From the human T2T-CHM13v2.0 reference genome, Homo sapiens, in assembly GCF_009914755.1 (NCBI RefSeq), contig NC_060927.1: a DNA stretch of 64,000 nt; one strand, given 5' to 3'. The notes under the pieces were generated by a model. That model had not been told where the DNA came from, ran no database searches, and saw only the letters and a program-made list of their open reading frames with translations. The position numbers and the translations under genes were made by a program. Numbering within the stretch: the first letter of the stretch is position 1; every line of letters begins with the position of its first letter. This document shows positions 31,260 to 44,900 of the stretch, one piece after another.

Positions 31260-31770
31260 CATTTACTGAATAATATTTGCTAAGAACCTGCCTGCTATGT
31301 CACAAGTAAAGTTCCAGGCAACGGGGATGGAGTGGTGACAAGATAAAGCCCATTCTTCCTGTCCTGGAACTTAAGAAGTTCTAAGTGGGGGAGAGATAAA
31401 AGAAGTAGTGAAAGAATGAATGATAATTGACTCAGATACTGAGAACTGCTAAAGAATGAATGATAATCGACTCATACAGTGAGAACTGCTAAGATGCTAG
31501 GATCGGCAGCATGGGTGCTGTGGGGCAATGTGGGATGGAAAATATGAAACCTGCTCTCTGGGGAGCCGACCTGAAGGAAAGGAAGAAGCCAGCCCTGTGA
31601 AGACCTTGGAGGGAGTGCCAGGCTGAGAGGACAGTAAGTCCAAAGGTCCTGGGGTGGAAACAGAGAGAATGCCAGTAAAGCTGGGGTGTGGTGTGCACTG
31701 AGGGGAGAGGGATAGGAAATGCGGCCAAAGAGGTGAGCAGGAGTTGATCATCAAGACTTGAAGCCTTGCA
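31260..31770 (-). mobile_element. L2 fragment
   Basis: gagccgacctgaaggaaaggaagaagccagccctgtgaag...ccaggctgagaggacagtaagtccaaaggtcctggggtgg. Confidence 0.7.
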
Positions 31771-32187
31771 AGGAGCTGTTCTTTTTTTTTCCTGTACAAT
31801 TTTAGAATTTTAATGTGGGAAGGATTCTTGAAAATCCTCTCACCCAGTTCTCGAAGTGAATAAAAGAATCTCCTGAGGAGCTTTTCAAACCGGCAGATTC
31901 GGCTGGAAAATCTGATTTAGAGGCCTATAGTGAGGACTGTGGATCAGTATCATAAAGCTCGATGGTTCAGATGCAAGTAGTCCACAGATCACCTCTTGGG
32001 AAAACACTTATTTATCTGTTAAGGTTCTATGTCTACAAGCAACAGAATTCAGTTCCAGCTAACTGATGTAAACAGAGAATTTGTTAAAAGGCAACTGGGA
32101 AGCAAATAGAAAAAAGGGGACATTGATGAACAAGACCCAAATATACTTCAGGCACCTAGGTTTGCAGAAACAATGGAGAATCCTTTA

Positions 32188-32550
32188 TGTATTAGTCCAT
32201 TTCATGCTGCTAATAAATAAATACCCGAGACTGGGTAATCTATAAAGGAAAGAGGTTTAATTGACTCACAGTTCCACATGGCTGAAGAGGCTTCACAATC
32301 ACGGGGGAAGACAAAGGAAGAACAAAGGGATGTCTTGCATGGTGGCAGACAAGAAAGCATGTGTAGGGGAGCTCCCCTTTGTTAAACCATCATATCTCCT
32401 AAGACTTATTCACTATCATGAGAACAGCACCGGAAAGACCTGCCCCCATGATTCAATTACCTCCCACCGGGTCCCTCCCATGACATGTGGGAATTATGGG
32501 AGCCATAATTCAAGATGAGATTTGAGTGGGGACAGAGCTAAACCATATCA
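32188..32550 (-). mobile_element. THE1B/C solo LTR (ERVL-MaLR)
   Basis: tgtattagtccatttcatgctgct...cagagctaaaccatatca; 5-bp TSD cttta/ctttg. Confidence 0.92.
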
Positions 32551-33679
32551 CTTTGTCTTTTTAACTTTATTTTAATTGACAAATAATAATTGTATATATT
32601 ATGTAAAGATGGTGGAGAATCTTTACAAGACACTGCAATCTGGAGAGCAACTCCATTCCAGGTTCTTTGTCTCTCAGTACAGACTACTTGCTCATTCATT
32701 AACACAGAGTTGCTTGGCATCTGCCAAGTGCCAGGCAGTGTGCAAGGCACTGGTGATACACTGATAAACAGGAGAGGATAATTTTGTAAGAAAAACACAA
32801 ATAGAGTGTTACAGGAATTCAGAGGAGTAAGGGGTTGCTATCAGCCCACAGTAATTACAATGTCTTTCCTAGGAATGGGATGGATCTCCCTTATTTATCT
32901 TCTTCCACAGGGAGGGGGATCTAGTGAAGCTGCCTAGAATGAGTGAGGCCACAGGCCACCTGCTAAATTGGAAACTCTGACTTTGGCTTGACACCTACTA
33001 TGTTTTAAGCATCACATTCTGGGCTTTTGGGGCATTCATGATGAATTAAAAAGGCTTTGTCCACACAGCCCTAAAGTGGAGATTCGGGAATTAGCCAGTA
33101 GTTGAATCGTGATGTGGACAGATCAGTCGGATGATTCAGGTCCTAGGCAGTCACAGTCCTGCCTGACTCACTGATGATTCCGATCCTCCTCTTGCAAGTG
33201 CCACTTTAAGCAAACTGTCCCCTCCACTTATAAAACTTAAGTTTTACATCGTTTTCAGCTGTTAACACCTCCAGCTAGGCAAATGAAGCAGGCTTCTTAA
33301 TGTTAGGAGTGATGATATGATAAGATTCCATGCACAGACATTTTCTTTGTGAGATGATATCCAATTTTTGTGTGAATTTTAATGCACAAAAATATAGTGC
33401 TGTCAGATACTTGTTTTTCATTTATTTGCACTTCAAGCTTTGTGTTGCTTTTGGATCAACTAATGCTTTAAATGTGAAGGACTTGGTTTCCTTAGGAGGC
33501 TGTATGTATGAAAGGGAGAAACACAGATTCTGAAATCTGGCTGTCTGGGTTCATATCCCAGCTCTGACACTTATTAAGCTGCCAGAGAACTTAAACAAGT
33601 TGCTGAAGAACCTCTCTATGCTTGAGTTTCCTCACAAATAACATGAGCATTAATAATAATAACTGTCTTATAGAGTACA

Positions 33680-34140
33680 TTCATTAGTGATTACCACAAA
33701 ATGCTGCATAACAAGCCACCTTAAAATTCAGAACATCAAAACAATGATCATTTGCTATTGCTTGCATAAATAAGGGGCAACTGGGATTTCAGTGGACCAC
33801 TCTGAGCTTTGCTGGGCTGGCTCTGTAAAGCAAACCCTAACTGCAGGGTAAGGGTTTGCTTTCCTGAATCATCCAGTGGATCCGTCCACATCATGATCCA
33901 ACTGCTGGCTAATTTCCAAACCTCCACTTTAGGGCTGTGTGGGCAAAGCCTTTATAATTCATCATGAATGTCAAACCTAACTGCAGGTTAGAGTTTGCTT
34001 TGCAAGTCCCTTGTCCTCTTTGAACCAACAGACTAGTAAAGATGCTCTTCTCATGGTGATGGCAAAGACATAACAAGGGCAAGTGGAAGCACATGAGAAG
34101 TATCCTTGGATCCCTTAGTAGGAAGAACTTCAAACTCACA
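33680..34140 (-). mobile_element. Old MLT1 LTR carrying a templated insertion; splits a MIR (33525-33670 / 34180-34290)
   Basis: atgctgcataacaagccacc...aaaacaatgatcattt...gctcttctcatggtgatggcaaag...aagtggaagcacatgag. Confidence 0.6.
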
Positions 34141-34508
34141 AGGCAAAGGGAGTAGATAAAGGGAGAAGTGAAGTGTGCATGTAACAGAGGGTTATTTTGA
34201 GAATTAAATATATTAATGTATGTTGTGTTCTTACAAAGACGCCTGACATAGTAAATACTATATCAACTCTTGCTTTTCATCATTATTCTTGTTCAAATGT
34301 CTTCTGAGTGTAGAAAATACTGCAGAAATGATCATTTGCATCTTCAGGCAGAATAGAGCCTGCTTTATGAGCTACTGACATGCATCTTTATAGTAACCAC
34401 TATCAGAATTTGTTGAGCACTTTCACATGTATTATCTAATTTGATCTTTGTAGCAAAGCTGGGGAGTACGTATGCTTTGCCTTTTGCAAATAAAGAAATA
34501 GAAGTTCA

Positions 34509-34880
<372 letters not shown>

Positions 34881-37702
34881 TCAGAGTCTGCTGCAGTGAG
34901 ATTAAGACCAGCATCTACTAGAGGCTACTGAAGGACCCAACACCCCAACTTCCAGGTCATTCAGATTTCCAGAGCTAGGGTAAGTGCCATTGGTAATGGC
35001 TTTCCCACTGATTGTTCCATGTCCTCATGGTCCTACTTCACATTTCACACTCACCAGCCAGAGTTATCCTTTGAAAATGCAATTTTGAACATACTATTCA
35101 CCTGCATGAAATCCCAAATGACTCCTACCACTTTCAGAAATCTTAAAGGTTCTGAATCTTCCCTATAACTTCTGATGCACCGGTCCCTGCTTTCGTTTTC
35201 ATCCTCCATGCCCTCCCATTCTCCGTCACCTCCCAGTGCTTCAGTACTCTGGCCCCCCCAGCCAGTGCTCAGCCCCCTTCTCTGCCACACAGCCTTTGCC
35301 AGTGCCTGGGCCTCCCTCTCCCTCTCCCCTTTGCTCTCCACCTAGTTAACTTTGACTCATCCACCATGTCTGAGCTGGAAAATAACTTATCAGTTCCTCA
35401 TTGCACACGTTCTCTTAACAGCACTTGTTACAGCTGTAACCCTGTGTTGGTATTGTTTGATTATGAGTGTCTTGGAAACTCACATCTGCTTCAGAGTCTT
35501 TAGTGCAGATATGATGTGGTTTCTCTGCCTGTGATCTTCTCTGCCCCTTTTCAGTCTTTGGAATTCCACATTCCCTCCTACTCATCCTTGGCCTTAGCTC
35601 AAGCTCATCTCCTCAGGGAATAAGACATCATGTTGTTCATCCTAAGATGGCTCATTCTTCTCCTCTTACTACTTATACTTTAAATTTTTTTTCACTGTCT
35701 GTCCTTTGTGGAAGTCCAGAAGCTCCATCAACTTGGCATGAAGGCCATGTTCGCTGTACTTTCCAGCAGTTAGTACAGTACCTGGGGTGAGGAAGCTTGA
35801 TTGGAGCTTATCTTACCAAATAATCCTGGGATCAGAAGGCATCAAGAATGTGTTAACCACCACAGTCTACTTGGACAACTTCTATGGTGTTCCTTGGGCC
35901 TTTATTCAAGGTGTCCACCAATATCATGGCATTTATTAAACACTCATTATGTGTTAGACAGTATGGTAAGTGCTTCACAAATTCTATCTTAGTTAATCCT
36001 CACAATGACCCTATTAAGATTCTGTTGTCATTACCTCTGTTACAGATGAGGGAATAAAACAGAGAGACAGATTAAACAATTTGCTCAAGGTCAGTCAGCA
36101 GTGGTGTCTTCCCTGAATCCCAGACTGGGTCAGTGCCCTCCTCAGTTCTCTGTGCCCTCAAATAACTCATTGCATTTATTATTGTCATCATTGCTCTTTT
36201 CCTATGAAACTAAGAAAGCCAAATGGTCACACTCACCTTTCCGGTCCCCATGTCTATATGTTCCTGGCACATACTAGGTACTCAGTTAATGTTTATTGAA
36301 TGTGAAACATATTTCCCTGACACAAACTTATAGGCAGCTTTAGAAATGGAAAAGGAAGAATTTTTCTCAACGATGAAGGCAAATAAAACAAAGCAATAAG
36401 TCAATATATGTGAGCAAATCTGAAGTCCAGTATTACAATACAGAAGTTAAGCAGGCTGGCTCTAGAAGCAAAATATCCAGGCTGTAATCTTGCCTGTTTC
36501 TTCTAGTTATATGAACTTGGGCGACATATTTAACCACTCTTAGCCTTCCATTCCTCACATGAAAAATGCTGAATGCTCCACAGATGATGACAATAATTAT
36601 TACAAATCTTTGTTACTCTTTGTGATCCTTTACTTAATGCTAAACATTAGTGCCCTAGCTTCTCACATACCTGGAATTGGAGTTGGGTTTCTCAGCTTTA
36701 TCAGAGTCCTGGGGCCCATTTGCTATCCCTGTTCATCACTGTACGTGTAAGGTGAGCTCCACAGCTGCTCTGGTGCTCACACTATCCCTGCTTGAGACCA
36801 GAGACCCCTCCCACCCCAGACGCCCCCTTACCAACATCTCAGGAATCTCCATTTGTGCCCTGGAGCATGGCCTTTCTCTCTCTTTTTTTCTCTCTTTTGA
36901 AGAATAATCAATGTCCTGACATTCGAATGGTTTTTACCCTTCAGTGATGCTGCTTTTCTTCCATCTCAGCTAGCCATGAGTCTTTGGTTTCCCTCAGTAG
37001 CTAAGGACGTCACATTTTTATGTAGCTTTTATCCATCAGGTCTTTTGGACAACTAGATAAAGCATTTCCCCACTGAGTTCCTTCTTTTAACTCATCTACC
37101 AGGCCACAAGAATCCCCATTCCCTGCCTGCTGGATTCTCATTGGCAGAGCATAGGTGTCTGTGTGTCTGTTCAGGGGAGAGGGAGGTAGGAGTTTTCTAG
37201 GTTCTGAGACTCAGGAGATTTAACTATTAAGTGTGTACATGAATCACCTGTGGGCTTTATAAAATGCATATTCTTGGGCCTTACTCCTAAAATTCAGATT
37301 CAATTAGTCTATTTGAGGCCCAGGGATCTGCATTTTGATTAGCATCTAAGGAGATTATGCTTACATGAATTAAAACTTCCCTATACTTCATTATGACTGA
37401 ATGTATTGGCAACCTGACATCTCCATTCACTTTGTGACACAGCCACATTTTTCCGGGAAGGAGTAGCATTTAATTGTCATCTTATAGTGTAGGAAAAAGT
37501 TGTACTAAAGAAAAAGGAAAATCTTTTCTTGCAAATAAACAGAATTGAGGGTTGAGGAGTGATTCATTCGCGTAAAATCTGTGCTATGACAGCTTTTTGC
37601 AGTATAGGGTGCCACATTCAATGGTAAGCTCCTTGAGATTGGGCACTGGGTGTTACACATCTTGTTACACCTAGGAAGCAATCAACAAATGGCTGTTGAA
37701 TG

Positions 37703-38164
37703 ATGAATTCATTTCCTGTGTGTGCTGTAACAAATTACCACAAACTTAGTGGCTTAAAACAACACAAATTAATTATTTTACAGTTCTGGAGGCCAGAATC
37801 CTAAAATGCAGGTGTTCACGGGGCTGTGATCCTTTTGGAGACTCTAAGGGAGAATCTATTTCTTTGCATTTTCCAGGTTCTAGAGGCTGCCTGCACTTCT
37901 TGGCTCATGGCCCCTTCCTTGCATGGCTCCAATCTCTGCTTTTGTCATCACATCCCCTTCTCTAGCTCTGACTTCCTGCTTCTTCTAATAAGGACAGGTG
38001 ATAACATTGAGTCCACCTGGATAAGCCAGAATCATCTCTCATCTCAAGATCCTTTACTTAATCACATCGGCAAACTCAGTTTTGCCATGTAAGGTAACAG
38101 GTTCACAGCTTTCAGGGATTAGAACATGAACATCTGTAGGGAGCTATTATTCTATATATCCTCA
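37703..38164 (-). mobile_element. MLT1C/D LTR
   Basis: gctgtaacaaattaccacaaacttagtggcttaaaacaacac...cagttctggaggccagaa...gccatgtaaggtaaca. Confidence 0.85.
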
Positions 38165-39589
38165 TAATACATGAAAAAAAAAAACCTAAGAATGAGGACA
38201 TTGTTCAGTTGCGTGGAGGGACTGCAACATTAATTAGAACTGAAGTTTAATTAACACATACTATGTTCTATGCACTCATCTAGATATTTCACATGTATTA
38301 TCTTAATCCTCAAAACAGAACTCTAAGGTAGGTTCTACTATTGTCCTCATTTTATAGATAAGGAAACTAATCCTAGTTAAGATTCTCTCCTGAACTGGCA
38401 TAGCTAGTTTGTGGCTGAGCTAGGATAGTAACCCAGGCAGTCTGACATTAGAACTGTTGAACATAAGCACTTTAAAATCCGCCTCTTCCACTTTAAAATC
38501 CTCTTCTTCCCTGAGTCTCTAGAGTAAAATTCTTACAATACCAATTAATAGTCTTCCATTATTTTTTAATGATACTAAGTATTGTTGAAACGTTTTACTT
38601 TTTATTAAGAAATTTAAATATTTTCCATGTATTTTTTCAAAATATGTGTATTAAACTTCTACTGAGTACCAGAAACTGTGCTGGGCTCTGGGGAGCATGG
38701 GAGTGAGCAAGAGAAGCACCTTCCTCTTTCTAGGTAAGGACCTAAGGGGAGGCTGACCTTAAATAAGGAATTCACAGGACCATGTTTTTGATATCATGTA
38801 GATAAATCTGACCAGATTCTCCAAACAGGAGACTTTACCTGCATGAGAGAATTTGAACGTGAATTAAATTTCTGTACCACTCACAGAATAACAGCTTCCC
38901 CTCACCTTATCAACCCAACCACACTACCGTTAGGAGAACTTAACCAAGAGTTGAGTTGTTTGCACATTGCAACAAAGGCTCAGTGTAAAATCACACTGTG
39001 CTACCAGAAAATAAAAAGCAAATTCTCTGTTACTTTGAGATGCCTCCTGAAATTTAAGGTTGGCAACTGCTAGCACTCCCAGAGAGATGCCCTTTTCCAT
39101 TTGAAGTCTGTGCCTCTCTCTCCTGCCTTTTCTTGCCACTGTGAGGTCACTTTGAGCAGTACTCCATGGCCCCAGACTTTTGGAGCTTTCTTGTTAAGGA
39201 GACAATGCAGGCAGCAGCTCTGTAGTATTCTGACTTTAAACAGGAGGTATCTTACAAACAGATCTGGCCTCAAGTCCCAGCTCTGCCCCTTATTATCTTT
39301 GTGATTCTAGTCAAGTTTCCTAACATCTCTGAACCTCAGTCTCCATATTGATATGGTGGAAATAATAATAACATTCATTAGTGTCTTTGGCTATAAACAA
39401 CATAAAATAACTTTGGTAAATGTAAGAATTTATTTGAAGTTATGGGTAGCTTGCAGGTTCAATAAAAATCTAAAGAAATAGACTCAGAAAGAATCAGAAT
39501 CAAGCAGCCCTAGTGGTTTATCAAGAGGCGATTTATAGCCAGTCTCATCTGATTCTCAAACATACATCACAGCCACTGCTTTTCTCCTG

Positions 39590-40590
39590 AAAATCTAGAC
39601 TTATGCATCAAACTTCTGTGTGACATCTCCACCAAAATGGATCATAAGTGTCTCAGATTAATATTTACAAAATAAAATATGTAATTATCTCTCCAAACTC
39701 CAGCAGCCTCTATTCTTGTAAACATACACCCTTTCACCCAGTTATTCTAGCCCAAAATCTCGGAGACATCTTCACTCTCTTTTTCTCACACACCATGTTC
39801 AGTCCATCAGCAAATTCTTCCCATGATCCCTTCAAACTTATACCCTGATTCTGACCACTGCTCACCTCCCACAATGGCCTGCCAACCAAGAGCCCTCCTA
39901 TCTTAACTGGACCATTGTGATGACTTATTTTCTCTTCTCCCTGTTTCAACCATTGTTCCTGTCTCAAAGCTGTGCTGCACATGACAGCCAGAGGAATTAT
40001 TTCAAAAATAAAATTAAAGCATGTCTAGCCTTCTTGCTCCCTCTAATGACTTTCTATTACGTTAAAAGTAAAACCCAGTGTCTTGATCTTGGCCTATAAG
40101 ACACAATATCATCTGGACACTAGCTACATCTCCAAACTCCTTACGTAGCATTCCACCCCTTGCTTGGCACATTAACCTCCTTGATGTTCTTTGAACATAC
40201 TAGTTCATTTCCATCTTAGGGTCTTGGTATTTTCTAACTCCCCTTGGCCTAGAACACTGTCTGGCCACTGATATTCACATAGCTGACTTCCTCACTTCAT
40301 TCAGATGCAGAGTGCCCCCTTAAGGAGCATTACTGACTGCACTACCTAAGATATTCCCCCTATATATCTTTTCACCATATTTTCTAACTCCTTACATTCT
40401 TGTCCATAACACTTATTGCTATCCAAGATCACCCATGATGTGTGTGTGTTTGCGTCTATTGTCTGTTTAATCATTAGAATGTAAACTCCATGAAGGCAGG
40501 AGATACATGTATTTGGTACATTGCTGAAATACCAGATGGCTTCCTGCACGTAATGGACAATCGATAAATATCGGAATAAATTAATGACTA
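39590..40590 (+). mobile_element. L2 3' portion
   Basis: cagtccatcagcaaattc...ctgaccactgctcacctcc...agaatgtaaactccatgaaggcagg...gataaatatcggaataaa. Confidence 0.8.
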
Positions 40591-40853
40591 TATTATAATG
40601 TCACTACTGAGGTATACAGTTGCAACTATCTTTTACATTTCATTTCTTAGTGATTTGGAAATATCCAGGAGATTCAGAATCTTGAAAATCTCCAAGAGTC
40701 TCAATGGCCTATGCTGGGTTATATGCCCATCTTGATCAGGGCAAGGTAAGTTTCTGTTAAAATTACACCTGCAGGATGGTGTGCAATGAAGGAATTGTGG
40801 TTCCCTGAAGGTAGCTTAGAGTGGTCTTACCAGGAGAAGGAAAAATGGATATA

Positions 40854-41164
40854 GGCCAGGCTCGGTGGCTCACGCCTGTAATCCCAGCACTTTGGGAGGC
40901 CAAGGTGGGTGGATCACAAGGTCAGTAGATCAAGACCATCCTGGCCAACAAGGTACATGGTGAAACCCCATCTCTACTAAAAAAAAATACAAAAAATTAG
41001 CTGGGCATGGTGGCGGGCTCCTGTAGTCGCAGCTACTCAGGAGGCTGAGGCAAGAGAATGGTGTGAACCCGGGAGGCGGAGCTTGCAGTGAGCAGAGATT
41101 GCACCACTGCGCTCCAGCCTGGGTGACAGAGCGAGACTCTGTCTCCAAAAAAAAAAAAAAAAAA
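40854..41164 (+). mobile_element. AluY/Sc-type with a 7-bp internal duplication
   Basis: agatcaagaccatcctggcc; gagaatggtgtgaacccgggaggcggagcttgc; TSD ggatata. Confidence 0.9.
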
Positions 41165-41559
41165 GGAGGGGGGGATATAAAGCCAACACAACAGGTGTTC
41201 AGTTTATATTACCTCCTCATAAGATTATTGTGAGGGTGATATGGGCCGCATAGTACATACAGATGATAGCTGTGATTGCAGTTATAGTTATTATAGGGTG
41301 CTAATTAACTTAAGACTTCAGTCAAATATTTCTACAAATATATATATACATATTTCTACACACATATATATATATGCATGAGTATACACAAACATTGTAT
41401 TGTCCTGTAAAATAAGAAATTGGTGGCCTTATGGGGCAACTCCTGAAAAAATAGCTAATATTATTAGAATATTTTTGAGGATAGATTAAATATTTTTAAT
41501 GTTTGCCCATATGCAATTATTTAATTAATTATAGAAGGAATTCCATTCTCTATCCCTTT

Positions 41560-41910
41560 GGTTTTAGGTGTAGCCAATTGGCCAGTTATGGCCAATAAAA
41601 TGTGAGAGTGATACATGCTCCTTCATACAGGACCATTTAAGGGCTGGTGCATTATCTCCCTGCCATCTTCCCCCTCCTGCCATAACCAGAGATGTTCAGA
41701 TGGTGAAGCCATGCTCACTCTGTGTCTCTGAATGTGTGCGTGAAGAAAAACTAGCCTAGCATGTGATGGACATACAACATGAGTGAGAAATAAACCTCTG
41801 TTGTTTTAAAACTAATCAGATTTGGTGTGTTTTGTTGTTGTTGTTTGTTTGTTTTTGCTTTTGTTTTTGTTTTGCTACTGCAGTATATTCAAGCCTATCC
41901 TGACCCAAAC
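41560..41910 (+). mobile_element. Old MLT1 (I/J-like) LTR
   Basis: tatggccaataaaatgtgag...catgagtgagaaataaacctctgttgttttaa...agcctatcctgac. Confidence 0.65.
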
Positions 41911-44900
41911 AGGAAGTTTTAACTGTCTTTTTCTCATATGAGCAACCACTAAGTGACAGGCACCATGTTAGGAAACAGGTTTCCTAAGATAAATAGTACA
42001 ATAATATCTCTATTCTAGCTTCATGGATGGGTTTATTAAGAAAAAAAAATGGAGCCTACCATGTTGCCAAGCCCAACACTAAGCCCTAGGAAAAGAAAAG
42101 TGAGCAAGTAAAGTAACCTTTATCTTCAAGGATCTTAGAGTCTGGTGGACTAACACTGAATAATTATATAGCAATGACTGTATAATCACAGTTGTGATTA
42201 ATGCTATAGGGTGAAAGTACTGCATGCTGACAGGGAGGCCTAACCTAACTTTATTAGGGTGGGTATTAGGAAAGGCTTCCATGAGAAGAGGCCTTTCATG
42301 CTGACACTGAAATAATGAGCAGAGATCTCAGCCTCTATCCAAAGATGCCAATATGTTGATCCTACTTTCCAAAATCTGTTCCTTTTAGTACCTTGATTCT
42401 AAAATTGCTCTATACCTTCAGTCTTTTACTAGACATATAATAAGAAAAAATTTCATGGAGAGCAAAAACCATTATCTAAATGATTCCTGAGGAAGGAGAC
42501 TGCCACCACCACTAGAATTATCCAAACAATTGCAGGAATATGGAGACTGAACTGTAGTAAGTAGAATGTCTGTAATATTCTTATGCAAATAATCTACATG
42601 GTAGCAAATAGTACTTTTGGGTTTTGTACCATTTAGAATAATGTTCTTGTGTACCTTACTATTGGAAGCCAGCATTATTTCCCATAATTACCACTTACCT
42701 TATTGCTATTTGGTGCTGTCATTTTAAAATTTTTTACTTTGCCCGGCATATGTTTCAGTAGAAAATATCAGCCTCTTAATGTTATCAGCCTTTTACATTA
42801 ATTGTTTTCTTCTAGGGAAGATTTCAGAAAAAATAATAATAATTCCTCAGGTTTGACTGTACTTCACAATTTATGCATAATCTCTCTTGCATGTTAAAAC
42901 CACCTTTCAGGATCAGCAAGGCTGGTAACATATATTTCTTCCTTTTAAGTGAGAAGAATTGTCTCTGAGAGCTTCTGAGACTTTCTCAAGATCTATAGCT
43001 GGTAGGTGGCTGAACCACGAAGCAAACTCAATACTGGTGATAACTCAGTTTAGAACAAGAGGAAATGTATTCATGATCTGGCAGCTGAAACACGTAGGTT
43101 TGGGTTGTTGCTCTGACATTGACTCTGTGTGATCTTAGGCAAGTCACTAAACATCTCTGATCCTCGTTTTCTTCTCTGTCAGATAAAGAAAGATAACTAA
43201 TTCATGGGGTAATTACTTGGATTAAATGAGATGAGCTGTTCTTTACTCATGTGGTAATTTATTTGGTTATTCATTGAAATATTACTCGAATCTCACTAGT
43301 GCCAGGTACTGTCTAGATACTAGGAACACAACCCTAGAATGTCCATACTTTCAGGTTACAGTGAAAGTGCTATAAGACTCATATAATACCATTTCCTTCT
43401 GCCCAGACTCTTTTTATAACCTCCCAAAAGGATTCATTGCTTGCATAATTATAAAATTGTGCATGATAATGAGGAAGAATATTAAGTATGAAAAGGAAAT
43501 TTATCACCACAACCTTATTACTTCTATTGTCCCTGCTACCCCTGACGATGCAGATCCCCTGATGTAGAAGGGTGAGAAAATATTAACAAATAGTATTGAC
43601 TAACAATAATACTGGAGTTACTATCTGCAAAATCTTTCCTACACCAAACTCATGTTTTCTATTTATCCTGTCAAAGAGAGTGGCCACTGGTCTAGAAATA
43701 TAAAACATACCACTTCTAAAAATATTGAAGCTTCATAAAGATGGAAAGGCAGAAATATAAATCAGTTCATTTATCTTATTCTGAATAAATTTCACTTTTG
43801 TGCAAGGTATTAAGAGAGATTTTCAATTTGCTCAGATATTGGTGATGCTTTTAAAAAGGTGGGGTAATGAGATAAGTGGATACAACAACATATAGGTTCA
43901 GGAGCTTAATGTCAATTCACAGCCAAATTGTAGGACAAATAATCAAATAGATAGAGTGCTTATGAGCTCATGGAGAAAGAAGAAGTCATACTAGAAGTAT
44001 CAATTTTGCTATTTCTTTTTTTAAAATTTGGCTTCGAATAGTCAAAAACATTGTAAACAGTTATATCTGGATGCAAGTAAGAGTTTAGATGAAGTTACCC
44101 AAGAGTAAAAGTAAGTTAGAAGAGGATAGAGTCAGTGAATTCTTAATTGGTTGAATTATCCAGTATAAATTATGGATTAAAATCAACTGGAGTGTTGATG
44201 GTCTCTGTCCTTGGTCCTGACCTATTCACTGCCACCAACTACTTGTATTATTAAGACTTCTAGAAGTGGTTTGTATTTAGGAGTGGATCTGAGTCATCTG
44301 AGAAGAATGTAAAAAAATAGTTGTTTGGATGTGCCATTGGAGATTATGATTCAGTAGGCATAAGATGGGATGTGGGACGTGGGATGTGCTCTATGTTAAA
44401 GAAGTTAACCTCATCAATCTAGTAAATGAAATTAGGTTACAGGGTAAATGAATATCCTCGGTGGCTGAAATATGGTCTCAAGTGACCTGAATAAATTGAA
44501 ATAGGGGCCAAGTTTAATAAATGGCATTAAGAATAGAGATAAATGAAAAGGTTGACTTTGGAGAGTCTAAAAACAACCTGCACAAGTCCACGAAAAGGGA
44601 GTGATCACTTATGATCAGTAATTACAGAAACTATTTAGGGAGGATTAGCTGGCTGCAGGGTACACACATACCAGCAGAGGGCTGTGGCTTTCCAACAGAG
44701 CTAATGTCAGCTGAAGTGCAGGATATTGGCAAAGGGATGAAGTTCAACTGTATAATTTGTAATTTACCTCTCAGACTCTACCAAATGACATCATAACTTT
44801 GAAGGTTGTGTTCAACAACCAGAAAAATATAGTTTCAAACTTGAAGGTATTTAAGTGGGGTTCTATGGTCCCCAGGGTTCCATAGGGATTCTTCCTGACT

